In this document: positions 38,678-48,890 of the stretch, in pieces
Position numbering within the stretch: the stretch's first letter is position 1
Layout of the letters: the number at the start of each line of letters is the position of its first letter
Translations under genes and position numbers: made by a program
The notes under the pieces: generated by a model
What the model was told of the DNA's origin: nothing
The model's database searches: none
What the model saw: the letters and a program-made list of their open reading frames with translations, nothing else
Assembly: GCA_016214555.1 (NCBI GenBank)
Contig: JACROF010000012.1
Span: forward strand, 4,343-68,342
DNA length: 64,000 nt
DNA from: Candidatus Levyibacteriota bacterium
GTDB lineage: Bacteria; Patescibacteriota; Microgenomatia; Levybacterales; UBA12049
Direction: 5' to 3'

Positions 38678-38863
38678 ATGGCAAAAACATCTGATATCGT
38701 AAAGTTTCAAAGAAAACAAAAATTTGACGTTCGTCACGTTAATCGATGTGCTCTTTGTGGCAGATCAAGAGGATATCTTAGACGTTTTGGTCTTTGTCGA
38801 TTATGCTTTCGAGAGAGGGCACAGAAAGGAGAGCTTCCAGGGGTTGTAAAATCTAGTTGGTAA
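38678..38863 (+). CDS. rpsZ: 30S ribosomal protein S14 type Z (zinc-binding)
   Basis: 61 aa with CALCGRSRG...CRLCFRE. Confidence 0.85.
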   Translation: MAKTSDIVKFQRKQKFDVRHVNRCALCGRSRGYLRRFGLCRLCFRERAQKGELPGVVKSSW

Positions 38864-38872
38864 GCAAAAATT

Positions 38873-39262
38873 ATGTATAGCGTAGCAGATTTTGTTATTA
38901 GAGTTAAAAATGCATCATATGCACATCGGAAAGAGGTTATTATGCCTTACTCAAAAATTGTGAAAGCAATTGCAAAGCTTTTGGTAAGGGAAGGATTTTT
39001 GGCTGACGTTCGAGATTCTGATTTTGATGGAAAAAAAGCAGTCACTGTTGGTATCCGATATGTTCGTCGAAAGCCAGTAGTAAATGAAATTGAGATCTTA
39101 TCAAAACCTTCTCTTCGTCTTCACTTTAATAGCAATGAATTAAGAAATGAACAAAGAAAAAAGACATCGACGATTGTAGTTTCGACTAGTCAGGGACTTA
39201 TGACTGCAAAGGATGCATTAAAGAAAGGACTTGGAGGAGAGGTTCTCTTCAGGATTGGATAA
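38873..39262 (+). CDS. rpsH: 30S ribosomal protein S8
   Basis: DFVIRVKNA...GGEVLFRIG. Confidence 0.9.
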   Translation: MYSVADFVIRVKNASYAHRKEVIMPYSKIVKAIAKLLVREGFLADVRDSDFDGKKAVTVGIRYVRRKPVVNEIEILSKPSLRLHFNSNELRNEQRKKTSTIVVSTSQGLMTAKDALKKGLGGEVLFRIG

Positions 39263-39263
39263 T

Positions 39264-39812
39264 ATGTCAAAAATCGGAAAAATGCCAATTGAAATTACTG
39301 ACGGTATTACTGTTACCATTGATGGAGATAGCGTCAAAGTGGTGGGGCTAAAGGGTGAATCATCATACATGCTTCCTGAGGGGGTTATGGCAAAGCAAAG
39401 TGATGGTTTTGTTAGTATTGAGCCTAAAAATAGTAACGACCCATCGTTTGCTCTATGGGGGCTAGCAAGAGCGCAGGTTGCAAATCTTATTGAGGGAGTA
39501 TCAAAAGGGTTTGAGAAGAAGCTTGAATTGCAGGGGGTAGGATACAGGGCACAAATGCAAGGAAATGATCTTGTTCTTAGTCTTGGTTTTTCACATCCAG
39601 TAAAATTTACCCCAAAGGATGGAATAAAAATTGCTGTTGCAGAAAATGTAATTAGTATCTCTGGTTCTGATAAAATGCTCGTTGGGGAAACAGCTGCTAA
39701 GATAAGATCAGTTAAAGAGCCAGAACCGTATAAGGGAAAGGGAATTCGATATGTTGGTGAGCAGGTAAGAAGAAAGGCAGGAAAAGCAGCTAAGGCTGTT
39801 GGTGCAAAATAA
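39264..39812 (+). CDS. rplF: 50S ribosomal protein L6
   Basis: MSKIGKMPIEI...two L6 repeats; ATG at 39264. Confidence 0.85.
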   Translation: MSKIGKMPIEITDGITVTIDGDSVKVVGLKGESSYMLPEGVMAKQSDGFVSIEPKNSNDPSFALWGLARAQVANLIEGVSKGFEKKLELQGVGYRAQMQGNDLVLSLGFSHPVKFTPKDGIKIAVAENVISISGSDKMLVGETAAKIRSVKEPEPYKGKGIRYVGEQVRRKAGKAAKAVGAK

Positions 39813-39813
39813 T

Positions 39814-40155
39814 ATGAATACTAAAAGAGATCGTATAATTACAAGACAAGAGAGAATCCGTCGTCATATCCGGGCTGTTTCGTCGTATCCACGCCTCTCT
39901 GTTTTTCGATCAAATAATCTTATGTACGCTCAGATTATTGATGATAAAGCGCAAAAAACTCTTATTGGCATGAGTGAAGATAAAAAAAATAAAGGCACAA
40001 AAATTGAGCGAGCGCGAGGCCTTGGTCAAACAATAGCAAAGCTTGCTATAGATAAAAAAATAAAGCAAGTAGTTTTCGATAAAGGATCATATGCTTATCA
40101 TGGGAGAGTAAAGGCACTCGCTGAAGGAGCAAGAGAGGGAGGATTAGTTTTTTAA
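39814..40155 (+). CDS. rplR: 50S ribosomal protein L18
   Basis: RLSVFRSNNLMYAQIIDD...AYHGRVKALAEGAREGGL; ATG at 39814. Confidence 0.85.
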   Translation: MNTKRDRIITRQERIRRHIRAVSSYPRLSVFRSNNLMYAQIIDDKAQKTLIGMSEDKKNKGTKIERARGLGQTIAKLAIDKKIKQVVFDKGSYAYHGRVKALAEGAREGGLVF

Positions 40156-40156
40156 T

Positions 40157-40654
40157 ATGGCATATACAGATTTTAGATCACAAGGAAGAAGTGAATTTAT
40201 TGAGCAAGTGGTGAAAATTAGCCGTGTCTCCAAAAAGACAAAAGGAGGCAACAAGGTTGGTTTTTCTGCTCTGACTGTCGTTGGTGATGGAAAAGGAAAA
40301 GTTGGAGTTGGTCTTGGAAAAGCGCCAGATGTTTCAGGTGCTGTGAGAAAAGGAATTCTTCTTGCAAAAAAACACATGATCACCGTTCCACTAATCAATG
40401 GCACTATTCCATCTAGAGTTGATGTTAAGGTTGGCGCTGCAAAAATTATGCTTAAGCCAGCACCTCCAGGAAGTGGAATTATTGCAGGTGGAGCAGTGAG
40501 AAGTGTTGTGGCAGCAGCTGGAATTACGAATATTTCATCAAAAGTTCTTGGAAGCAATAATAAGAACGGTAACGTTACAGCAACACTTGAGGCTCTTCGT
40601 GAACTATCTCATATGCAGGAGAAAAAAGAGGCACTACAAACAAAAAATAAATAA
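40157..40654 (+). CDS. rpsE: 30S ribosomal protein S5
   Basis: VSRVSKKTKGGNKVGFSALTVVGDGKGKVGVGLGKA. Confidence 0.9.
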   Translation: MAYTDFRSQGRSEFIEQVVKISRVSKKTKGGNKVGFSALTVVGDGKGKVGVGLGKAPDVSGAVRKGILLAKKHMITVPLINGTIPSRVDVKVGAAKIMLKPAPPGSGIIAGGAVRSVVAAAGITNISSKVLGSNNKNGNVTATLEALRELSHMQEKKEALQTKNK

Positions 40655-40655
40655 T

Positions 40656-41123
40656 ATGCAGCTACATCAATTACAAAGTATTAGTCATAAAGGAAAGAGA
40701 CGCCTTGGACAAGGTCATGGTTCGGGTAGGATGAAAACAGCGGGAAGAGGAACAAAAGGTCAAAAGGCAAGATATGATATTCCTCTTGATTTTGAGGGAG
40801 GAGCATTACCGCTTATGAAACGTTTACCATTTTTGCGTGGCAAAGATCGAAACAAAAGTATGTATGCTAAACCTCTTGTTATTAGCGTTGGTGATTTGAA
40901 AAATTTGCCTAAGAATAGCGATGTTACCATCGAGCTTTTGACAAAATTCAATCTTGTTGATAGCGACGAGGCTCTTGTTCGTGGTGTAAAAGTTCTTGGT
41001 CAGGGAGAGCTTAGTCAGCCACTTGTTGTTAGATTGGTAGTTTCAAAAATTGCTGAAGAAAAAATTGTCAAAGCAGGAGGCCGAGTTGAGCCACAATCAG
41101 CTGACGTCACTGTAACTGCATGA
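40656..41123 (+). CDS. rplO: 50S ribosomal protein L15
   Basis: [39 protein letters not shown]; the ORF-track start at 40503 is an upstream extension overlapping rpsE. Confidence 0.85.
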   Translation: MQLHQLQSISHKGKRRLGQGHGSGRMKTAGRGTKGQKARYDIPLDFEGGALPLMKRLPFLRGKDRNKSMYAKPLVISVGDLKNLPKNSDVTIELLTKFNLVDSDEALVRGVKVLGQGELSQPLVVRLVVSKIAEEKIVKAGGRVEPQSADVTVTA

Positions 41124-42409
41124 ATAAATTTTTTACCACTCTTTCATCTGCATTTCGAACACCAGAAGTTCGTCGAAAGCTTATTTACACCGGTGTTATT
41201 TTTTTAGTATTTAGAATATTTGCTCATATTCCAGTTGTGGGTGTGGACGTAGCAAGTCTAAAAAATCTTTTTGCCCAAAATCAATTTTTAGGCTTATTGG
41301 ATATTTTTTCAGGAGGAACGCTTCGAAATTTTTCAGTCTTAGCACTTGGTCTTAATCCTTATATTAATGCTTCAATTATTCTCCAAGTATTAACTATGGT
41401 ATTCCCAAAGCTTGAAGAAATGCAAAAAGAAGGAGAGCAAGGAAGACAAAAAATTAATCAATACACGAGATTTCTCACAGTGCCCTTAGCGGTTTTGCAG
41501 TCAATTGGTATGTATGCCTTATTAAGGAGTCAAGGCATTATTGCTACTCTTTCTCCATTTGAATTAATTACCTTTCTTCTTACTATGACGGCTGGAACAA
41601 TGTTTGCAGTTTGGCTTGGGGAGCTAATAACAGAACGTGGAGTTGGAAATGGAATTTCTGTTTTGATCTTTGCAGGTATTATTGGGAGTCTTCCAGCTGT
41701 TGTAGGGCGAACAGCTGCAACGACAACATCTGATAGCATTTTGGGCGTTGTTTCATTTCTAGTCTTAGGGTTGCTAGTTGTTGCATCAATTATCGTTGTG
41801 AATGAAGCCACAAGACAGCTCCCTGTTCATTATGCTAAGAGGATGAGGGGAAGTAAACTGTTTGGTGGGCAATCAACACATCTTCCTCTTCGTCTTAATC
41901 AGGCTGGAGTAATTCCAATCATTTTTGCTGTTTCTTTGGTTTTGCTGCCTTCTCTCCTTGCCAATTTTATGATTACTTCAAAAAGTCCTCAACTTATTTC
42001 GATTGGTCAGTTTTTAGTGTATTGGTTTAATCCAGACGGTTGGGTGTACAATCTTTTCTACTTTTTCTTAGTTGTTGGATTCACCTTTTTTTATACTGCT
42101 GTTGTTTTTAATCCCAAAAAGATTTCAGATGAGATGCAGAAACACGGAGGTTTTATTCCTGGAATCCGACCTGGAACTCAGACAGCAACGTATCTTAATT
42201 ATATCCTTACAAGATTGACTCTTGTTGGGGCATCATTTTTAGGAATTATTGCTATTTTACCTTCAATTATTAAAAGTATTACGGGACTTGAGACGCTCGT
42301 TCTTGGAGGTACAGGTATTCTTATTGTGGTGAGTGTTATTCTTGAGACCTATAAAGCAATCGAAGCACAGCTTGTAATGAGAAATTATGAAGGGTTTTTG
42401 AAAAGATGA
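41120..42409 (+). CDS. secY: preprotein translocase subunit SecY
   Basis: 429 aa, 10 TM helices, SecY-like conserved loops. Confidence 0.9.
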   Translation: MNKFFTTLSSAFRTPEVRRKLIYTGVIFLVFRIFAHIPVVGVDVASLKNLFAQNQFLGLLDIFSGGTLRNFSVLALGLNPYINASIILQVLTMVFPKLEEMQKEGEQGRQKINQYTRFLTVPLAVLQSIGMYALLRSQGIIATLSPFELITFLLTMTAGTMFAVWLGELITERGVGNGISVLIFAGIIGSLPAVVGRTAATTTSDSILGVVSFLVLGLLVVASIIVVNEATRQLPVHYAKRMRGSKLFGGQSTHLPLRLNQAGVIPIIFAVSLVLLPSLLANFMITSKSPQLISIGQFLVYWFNPDGWVYNLFYFFLVVGFTFFYTAVVFNPKKISDEMQKHGGFIPGIRPGTQTATYLNYILTRLTLVGASFLGIIAILPSIIKSITGLETLVLGGTGILIVVSVILETYKAIEAQLVMRNYEGFLKR

Positions 42410-42978
42410 AGATTATATTAATCGGCATTCAAGGAGCAGGTAAATCAACGCAAGGGAAATTGTTATCAGAAAAATTATATATTCCTTATCTATCAACAGG
42501 TCATATCTTTCGTGAGTTGGCAAAAGAACACACTCCCCAAGGTAGATATATCAAAGAGACAATGAATGCTGGTTATCTTATTCCTGATGCAAAGACGCTT
42601 GAGATTGTAAGTGAGTATCTTCACAGACCCGAATATGTAAAAGGTTATATCCTTGATGGTTTTCCTCGTACATCTCATCAAGCAGAGAAGTTTGAGAATG
42701 GCGTTGATCACGTTTTTTATTTGAAAGTTTCAGACAGAGAAGCACTTTGGAGACTCTCGTACAGAACAGGATCAGAGGCTGATGGAAGAGAAGACGAAAC
42801 TCTTTCAGCGATTAGGAAAAGAATTGAACTTTTCCATCATCACACTGAGCCGGTAATCGAATTTTACAGAAAACATCATAAATTAGTTGAGGTTGATGGG
42901 GAAGAGTCAATCGAGAAAATTCACCATACCATAATGGAGCATATTCATAGCGACAAGAATGTTACTCATAAACAATAA
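42406..42978 (+). CDS. adk: adenylate kinase
   Basis: [17 protein letters not shown]-loop; AMP-binding GHIFRE; 190 aa. Confidence 0.85.
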   Translation: MKIILIGIQGAGKSTQGKLLSEKLYIPYLSTGHIFRELAKEHTPQGRYIKETMNAGYLIPDAKTLEIVSEYLHRPEYVKGYILDGFPRTSHQAEKFENGVDHVFYLKVSDREALWRLSYRTGSEADGREDETLSAIRKRIELFHHHTEPVIEFYRKHHKLVEVDGEESIEKIHHTIMEHIHSDKNVTHKQ

Positions 42979-42980
42979 TC

Positions 42981-43685
42981 ATGAGAGGATATGTCATCGC
43001 GATTGATGGACCAGCTGCTTCTGGTAAAGGAACGATAGTTCAATTGCTCACAGAGCAATTGCATGGAGTAAATATTTATACTGGTGGGATGTATAGAGCG
43101 CTAGCGCTTGCATGCTTGAGAGGAAAGATTGTTTTTACAGACACAACTAGCGTTTTAAGACTTCTTTCTACATCAGAAATTAGCCTTGGTGATGAGTCAA
43201 ATTTATCTGTTGTAGCAACGATATATCTTAATGGTGAGAATGTAACCGAGGCTATCAAAACCCCTGAGGCAGCAATTGGAGCTGGAAAAGTAGTCCAAGT
43301 TCCAGGCGTGAGAGAGGAAATTGTTAAGCGACAGAAAGAATTGTCGTTTAGGCTTGTAAGCAAAGGGAAAGTTGTCATTTTAGATGGGCAGGATACTGCA
43401 ATGTATGTCTATCCTCAAGCAGAAGTAAAAATTTTCTTAACAGCTTCACAAGAGGTAAGAGCAAAAAGACGACAGAAGCAATACGAAAAACAAGGACTAT
43501 ATAAGTCACTTGATGAAATGTTAAGGGAGATAAAAATACGTGATCATCAGGATTGGTCTCGAGTGTTGCATCCATTATCATCTGATCCCGAAAAAGACGG
43601 ATACTTTTTGGTTGATAGTTCTGATCTAAATGAATATCAAACGAGAGATATTATATTGAAAAAAATTACATCTCTACATTTATGA
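42981..43685 (+). CDS. cmk: cytidylate kinase
   Basis: IAIDGPAASGKGT P-loop, Cmk-like length of 234 aa. Confidence 0.75.
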   Translation: MRGYVIAIDGPAASGKGTIVQLLTEQLHGVNIYTGGMYRALALACLRGKIVFTDTTSVLRLLSTSEISLGDESNLSVVATIYLNGENVTEAIKTPEAAIGAGKVVQVPGVREEIVKRQKELSFRLVSKGKVVILDGQDTAMYVYPQAEVKIFLTASQEVRAKRRQKQYEKQGLYKSLDEMLREIKIRDHQDWSRVLHPLSSDPEKDGYFLVDSSDLNEYQTRDIILKKITSLHL

Positions 43686-44440
43686 TACATATAAAAAACA
43701 AAAAGGAAATTGAAAGCATGAGAAAGGGAGGAAAAATTCTTGCAAAGGCCCTCTACACTTCTCTTGATGCTGCAACTGAAGGGGTTTCTGAGAAGAGGTT
43801 GGACGATATTGCAGAGAAAGTGATGATTGAGAATGGTGGTGAACCTGGGTTTAAAAAGGTTCCTGGATATCATCATGCGATATGTACGGCGACAAATGAT
43901 GTTATTGTCCATGGTATACCAGGAGATTATCGACTCAAAAAAGGTGACGTAATTTGTATTGATGCTGGAGTGTATCTAGACAATCTTCATACCGATATGG
44001 CTGAGACAATTGTCGTTGGCGGTATGAAAGAAGCGCCAAAAGGTGTTGAAAAATTTTTAAACACAGGAAAAAAAGCTCTTGCTGCTGGCATAGCCGAGGC
44101 AAGAGAAGGCAATCGCGTTGGACATATATCACGAGCAATTCAAAAGATCGTAGAAGGCGAAGGATACTCTGTAGTAAGATCTCTCATAGGACATGGTGTT
44201 GGTAGAGAGCTTCATGAGGAACCAGAAGTTCCAGGGTATTTACATGGACCACTTGAAAAAACCCCTCTTTTGAAAAAAGGGATGACAATAGCAATTGAGG
44301 TTATCTATGCGATGGGTGGGCCTGATGTTATGTATGCTAACGATGATGGATGGACTATAAAAACCCAAGATGGAAGCATTTCTGCCGTTTTTGAACGTAC
44401 AATTTTGATTACGTCTTCTGATCCAGAAGTGCTAACGTAA
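43682..44440 (+). CDS. map: type I methionine aminopeptidase
   Basis: HGIPGDYRLKKGDVICIDAG...HGVGRELHEEP motifs. Confidence 0.85.
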   Translation: MIHIKNKKEIESMRKGGKILAKALYTSLDAATEGVSEKRLDDIAEKVMIENGGEPGFKKVPGYHHAICTATNDVIVHGIPGDYRLKKGDVICIDAGVYLDNLHTDMAETIVVGGMKEAPKGVEKFLNTGKKALAAGIAEAREGNRVGHISRAIQKIVEGEGYSVVRSLIGHGVGRELHEEPEVPGYLHGPLEKTPLLKKGMTIAIEVIYAMGGPDVMYANDDGWTIKTQDGSISAVFERTILITSSDPEVLT

Positions 44441-44555
44441 TAATGTTGCTCTTTTGAGGCTAGTTTGCTATAATCAGTTCAGTCTGCTTCATGCAGACAA
44501 ATAGAGACATATTCCCTTGCCCAGGGGTATGTGGTTTTTTGCCTTAAAGGCACTT

Positions 44556-44771
44556 ATGGCTCATCAAGGATCAATAGAAAAAGAAGGAATTGTCAAAGAA
44601 GCTTTGCCCAACACGCTCTTTCGAGTTGAGCTGGAGGATGGGTCAGTGGTTCTTTGTCATTTATCAGGGAAAATGCGTATTCATTTTATAAAGATTTTAC
44701 CTGGTGATAGAGTCCGCATTGAGATGACGCCTTATGATTTGGGAAAAGGAAGAATAACATACAGAGTATAA
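44556..44771 (+). CDS. infA: translation initiation factor IF-1
   Basis: [32 protein letters not shown]...; ATG at 44556 after AAAGG RBS; the ORF-track start at 44517 is an extension. Confidence 0.85.
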   Translation: MAHQGSIEKEGIVKEALPNTLFRVELEDGSVVLCHLSGKMRIHFIKILPGDRVRIEMTPYDLGKGRITYRV

Positions 44772-44780
44772 TGGAGGCTT

Positions 44781-44894
44781 ATGAAAGTACAAGCAAGCGT
44801 AAAAAAACGATGTAACAAATGTAAAGTGATTCGCAGAAAGGGCGTTGTTTTTGTCATTTGTGAAACACCAAAACACAAGCAGCGTCAGGGATAA
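44781..44894 (+). CDS. rpmJ: 50S ribosomal protein L36
   Basis: [37 protein letters not shown], 37 aa; missed by the ORF track because under 60 aa. Confidence 0.85.
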   Translation: MKVQASVKKRCNKCKVIRRKGVVFVICETPKHKQRQG

Positions 44895-44899
44895 AATAT

Positions 44900-45307
44900 A
44901 TGCGTATAGCAGGAATTACCTTACCAGTTGAAAAAAGAGTTGATATTGCACTTACTTACCTTTATGGTATCGGGAGAAGCAATGTTAAGGAAGTATTAAA
45001 AGCTGCAAATCTTGATGGGTCCCTTCGTGTGAAGAATCTCTCAGAAGATGATCAGAAAAGGATTACTAAGGCTCTTGAGACTATTAAAGTTGAAGGAGAT
45101 TTAAGAACTGAGGTAGCTGGAAATGTTAAGAGGTTAAAAGAATCAGGATCGTATCGTGGGTTGCGTCACATGAGAGGCTTACCTGCTCGTGGTCAAAGAA
45201 CAAAATCGAATGCTCGAACAAAACGTGGCAAAAGAATGACAATAGGAGCTATCAAAAAAGAATTAGCAGCAAAAATGGAAGTAGCAGCAAAAACTAGCGG
45301 TAAGTAA
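44900..45307 (+). CDS. rpsM: 30S ribosomal protein S13
   Basis: MRIAGITLPVEKRVDIALTYLYGIG. Confidence 0.9.
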   Translation: MRIAGITLPVEKRVDIALTYLYGIGRSNVKEVLKAANLDGSLRVKNLSEDDQKRITKALETIKVEGDLRTEVAGNVKRLKESGSYRGLRHMRGLPARGQRTKSNARTKRGKRMTIGAIKKELAAKMEVAAKTSGK

Positions 45308-45323
45308 TTTTTTACATAATAAT

Positions 45324-45725
45324 ATGGCAACAAAAAAACCAACAAAAACACCAGGTAAAAAAAAGTCACATCTTATTGTGGGTGAGCATGGTAGAATTTA
45401 TGTAACAGCGACTTTCAATAATTCTTTGGTGAGTATCACAAATGACAACGGTGATCTTATCTCATGGAGCTCTGCAGGAAATTCAGGATTTAAGGGAACT
45501 CGAAAGTCTACTCCTTATGCAGCTTCTCTTGCAGTAGAGAATGCCGCAAAAAAAGCGCTTTCTTTAGGTTTAAAATCGGTAGATGTTTTTATTAAAGGAC
45601 CAGGGTCAGGTAGAGATTCATCATTGCGAGCTATCAAAGGTGCAGGGTTTTCTATAACATCAATTGCTGATATCACTCCGATTCCACACAATGGACCAAG
45701 AGCAAAAAAGAAAAGGAGAGTCTAA
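45324..45725 (+). CDS. rpsK: 30S ribosomal protein S11
   Basis: ATFNNSLVSITNDNGDLISWSSAGNSGFKGTRKSTPYAA. Confidence 0.9.
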   Translation: MATKKPTKTPGKKKSHLIVGEHGRIYVTATFNNSLVSITNDNGDLISWSSAGNSGFKGTRKSTPYAASLAVENAAKKALSLGLKSVDVFIKGPGSGRDSSLRAIKGAGFSITSIADITPIPHNGPRAKKKRRV

Positions 45726-45730
45726 TACTT

Positions 45731-46333
45731 ATGGCAAGATATACAGGACCAAAACATAAATTAGCCCGACGAGAAGGAGTAAATATTCTTGATAAAACAT
45801 CAAACTCTCTAGCTCGCCGACTCAATGTTCCACCAGGCGTTCATGGTAAAAAACCAAAAAGACGTCTGTCTGAGTATGGTCAGCAACTTCGCGAGAAACA
45901 GAAAGCGAAAGCAATGTATGGATTGTTAGAAAAGCAATTTAAAAGATTAGTAACCCATCTTGAAAAGCAAAAAGGTGACACTAGCGAGTTGATGTTGTCG
46001 CTTCTTGAGACACGACTTGATAATCTTGTTTACCGACTTGGTTTTGCAAAAAGTCGTTTTCAAGCTAGGCAATTTGTTTCTCATGGGCATGTGAAAGTTA
46101 ACGGGAAAAGACTTACCATCCCATCGTATCAAGTAAAAATTGATGATGTTATTGAGCTTGATGAAAAGATTTTTAAGACTCCCGATGTGATCTCATTATC
46201 TACTGAGAGCACTGCGCTTGCTTCTTTTATTGAGAAATCGGGTACAAAAGGTAAATTGATACGTATGCCAAAACGTGAAGATATAGTAGTTCCATTCAAT
46301 ACTCAGCAGATTATTGAATATTATTCGAGATAA
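45731..46333 (+). CDS. rpsD: 30S ribosomal protein S4
   Basis: MARYTGPKHKLARREGVNI... Confidence 0.9.
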   Translation: MARYTGPKHKLARREGVNILDKTSNSLARRLNVPPGVHGKKPKRRLSEYGQQLREKQKAKAMYGLLEKQFKRLVTHLEKQKGDTSELMLSLLETRLDNLVYRLGFAKSRFQARQFVSHGHVKVNGKRLTIPSYQVKIDDVIELDEKIFKTPDVISLSTESTALASFIEKSGTKGKLIRMPKREDIVVPFNTQQIIEYYSR

Positions 46334-46348
46334 TGATACAATATATCA

Positions 46349-47296
46349 TTGTCTCTAAAGGAGAATATGAATAATAAATTATTTTTTACAGTTAAAGAAA
46401 TAGTAAATGCGGATGGCTTTGGGGAGTTTGCAATTGAACCACTTGAGCCGGGTTATGGTTATACCATAGGAAACGCTTTAAGAAGAGTGTTGTATTCTTC
46501 TATTTCAGGCGCAGCAGTTACCTCAGTTAAAATCGGATCAGTAAAGCATAAATTTTCAACCGTAGAAGGACTCAAAGAAAATGTTATTGATCTTCTCCTT
46601 AATATTAAAGAGCTTAACCTCAAACTTGCTGACGACAAAGACTCAGGCACACTTACTCTTTCAGTAAAAGGAGCAAGAGAAATTACTGCTGCTGATTTTG
46701 AAGCAACAGATGGAGTAGAGGTTGTTAATAAGGATCATTACATTGGTTCTCTTTCAGGTAAAGGGTCAAAGTTAGAAATGGAACTTCATGTTGAGCGAGG
46801 CACTGGGTATGTGCTTGCAGAAGAGAAGAAGTCAACTGAGGTAGGAAGTATTCAGACAGACGCAATTTTTTCTCCTATTCGTAGAGTTACTTATTCGGTT
46901 GAAGCAACTCGCGTTGGCCGTCAGACCAATCTTGATAAGTTGACAATTAAAATTTGGACAAATGGAACAGTTGATCCAAAAGAGTCTCTTGAAAAAGCAG
47001 CGAGAATGCTTGCTAGTTCTTTTACTCAGATCTTTGAGCCTCAAGTGTCTGAATCTGTTGATGAAGAATCTTCTTTGGTAGGAAATTTGCCAACAGGTGT
47101 TGCTAAGATGACTATTGATGAGTTAGATTTACCAACGAGGATTTATAACAGCCTTCGAAATGGTGGAATTGAGACTGTTGAGCAATTGCTGCAAACACCA
47201 CGAAAAGATCTGATCTCTATGAGAAATATGGGTGGCAAATCAATATCAGTAATTGAAGAGAAATTGCAGGAAAAAGGAATTTCCTTTGCGATCTAA
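46349..47296 (+). CDS. rpoA: DNA-directed RNA polymerase alpha subunit
   Basis: GYGYTIGNALRRVLYSSISGAAV; C-terminal domain present. Confidence 0.9.
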   Translation: MSLKENMNNKLFFTVKEIVNADGFGEFAIEPLEPGYGYTIGNALRRVLYSSISGAAVTSVKIGSVKHKFSTVEGLKENVIDLLLNIKELNLKLADDKDSGTLTLSVKGAREITAADFEATDGVEVVNKDHYIGSLSGKGSKLEMELHVERGTGYVLAEEKKSTEVGSIQTDAIFSPIRRVTYSVEATRVGRQTNLDKLTIKIWTNGTVDPKESLEKAARMLASSFTQIFEPQVSESVDEESSLVGNLPTGVAKMTIDELDLPTRIYNSLRNGGIETVEQLLQTPRKDLISMRNMGGKSISVIEEKLQEKGISFAI

Positions 47297-47432
47297 AAGA
47301 AGCTGCCTGTTATCAGTTATCAGTTTTCAAATTTTTGTTAGTCAGTTTCGGTCATAGAGTCGGATGAACAGATATGCCGATAGACCTGAATACGAGAACA
47401 GAAAACCACGAACTGGCAACTGATTTTTTATT

Positions 47433-47933
47433 ATGAGAAAACAAGTTTTTGGACGTCATTTAAAAAGAGATACTAATGAGCGAAAAGCTTTATTCAAAGC
47501 CCTCGCTTCTTCTCTTGTGCTTCATGAGAGAATAGAAACAACTGAGCAAAAGGCAAAAGCAATTAAAGGACAGGTAGAGAAAATGGTTACGAAGGCTAAA
47601 AAAGATGATTCTAATCACACACGCGATCTTTTAAGAGCACATTTGTCGCATGATGCATTGATAAAACTTATGTCAGATATCGCGCCAAGGTTTGTTGATA
47701 GACCGGGAGGATATACAAGGATTGTGAAAAAAGGAAATAGATTCTCTGATAATGCATCAATGGTTTTTATTGAATGGGTTGAAAAGGGACCAAAGACGGA
47801 AGCAATTCATGATTTAAAAGAGTCAAAACCTAGAACAAAGAAAATAGCATTGTCAAAGACTGCTACTTCAGCAAAAGAAAAAAAATCAACTAAGAAACAG
47901 AAGTTACATACAAAAGAAAAGGATAATAGCTAA
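47433..47933 (+). CDS. rplQ: 50S ribosomal protein L17 with Lys/Ser-rich C-terminal extension
   Basis: MRKQVFGRHLKRDTNERKALF...GGYTRIVKKGNRFSDNASMVFIEWV; about 45 extra C-terminal residues. Confidence 0.85.
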   Translation: MRKQVFGRHLKRDTNERKALFKALASSLVLHERIETTEQKAKAIKGQVEKMVTKAKKDDSNHTRDLLRAHLSHDALIKLMSDIAPRFVDRPGGYTRIVKKGNRFSDNASMVFIEWVEKGPKTEAIHDLKESKPRTKKIALSKTATSAKEKKSTKKQKLHTKEKDNS

Positions 47934-47935
47934 AT

Positions 47936-48361
47936 ATGATAGGTCAAACAAAATCGATCAAGCAATCAGAATTGTCTCATGAGTGGCATCTTGTTGATGT
48001 TTCTGGTCAGACGCTTGGAAGAATTTCTACAAAAATTGCAACTCATCTTATGGGTAAATCGAAAAGAAATTTTGTTAGAAACCTTGATTGTGGAGATTAT
48101 GTAGTTGTAGTTAACGCAAAAGACGTAGCGGTAACTGGAAAAAAAGAAGAGAAAAAAGTGTACGCTCGTCATTCTGGTTATCCAGGTGGATATAAAAGCG
48201 AGACATTAAAAGAGTTGAGGCAGAGGAAGCCAGAGGAGGTTATCAGACATGCAGTAAAAGGAATGTTGCCTCAGAATAGGCTTCGTGATAGAATGCTCAA
48301 ACGATTATTTATTTTTCCAGGAGGGGAGCATACTTATCAAGATAAGTTTGTTCAGAAATAA
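47936..48361 (+). CDS. rplM: 50S ribosomal protein L13
   Basis: WHLVDVSGQTLGRISTKIA...ARHSGYPGG. Confidence 0.9.
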   Translation: MIGQTKSIKQSELSHEWHLVDVSGQTLGRISTKIATHLMGKSKRNFVRNLDCGDYVVVVNAKDVAVTGKKEEKKVYARHSGYPGGYKSETLKELRQRKPEEVIRHAVKGMLPQNRLRDRMLKRLFIFPGGEHTYQDKFVQK

Positions 48362-48363
48362 TT

Positions 48364-48840
48364 ATGGCAATAAAGCAACCAGCAGTTGAGAAAAAAACAC
48401 AAGCAAAAAGAGATTATATTTTTGCGGTTGGTCGTCGTAAAGAGGCGGTAGCTAGAGTGCGGCTCTACGAAAAACTTAGGGAAAAATTTCAATGGGGAGC
48501 AACAGAGATTCATAAGGGAGATATCATTATTAATGAGAAGATGGCTGCTGATTATTTTCCTGGAGAGGTAAGTAGATTTGCCTACACTGAGCCATTGAGG
48601 GTTGCAAATGCCCAAAATAAATACACTATTACTGTTCGCGTTGTTGGCGGAGGAAGGGCAGGGCAGCTAGATGCAGTGGTGGCAGGTTTGTCAAATGCAT
48701 TGGTGGCCGCGAATAAGGACGAATATAGAGCAATTCTAAAGAAAAAAGGATTTCTTACCCGCGATTCTCGTATTCGAGAAAGAAGAAAAGTCGGTACCGG
48801 TGGAAAAGCCCGAAGAGCGAAGCAATCTCCAAAGCGTTAA
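48364..48840 (+). CDS. rpsI: 30S ribosomal protein S9
   Basis: GGGRAGQLDAVVAGLSNAL...KVGTGGKARRAKQSPKR. Confidence 0.9.
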   Translation: MAIKQPAVEKKTQAKRDYIFAVGRRKEAVARVRLYEKLREKFQWGATEIHKGDIIINEKMAADYFPGEVSRFAYTEPLRVANAQNKYTITVRVVGGGRAGQLDAVVAGLSNALVAANKDEYRAILKKKGFLTRDSRIRERRKVGTGGKARRAKQSPKR

Positions 48841-48890
48841 TTTGAACTTCAAAGATACTTGTTGACTCATATAATTTCTTATGTTAGGGT

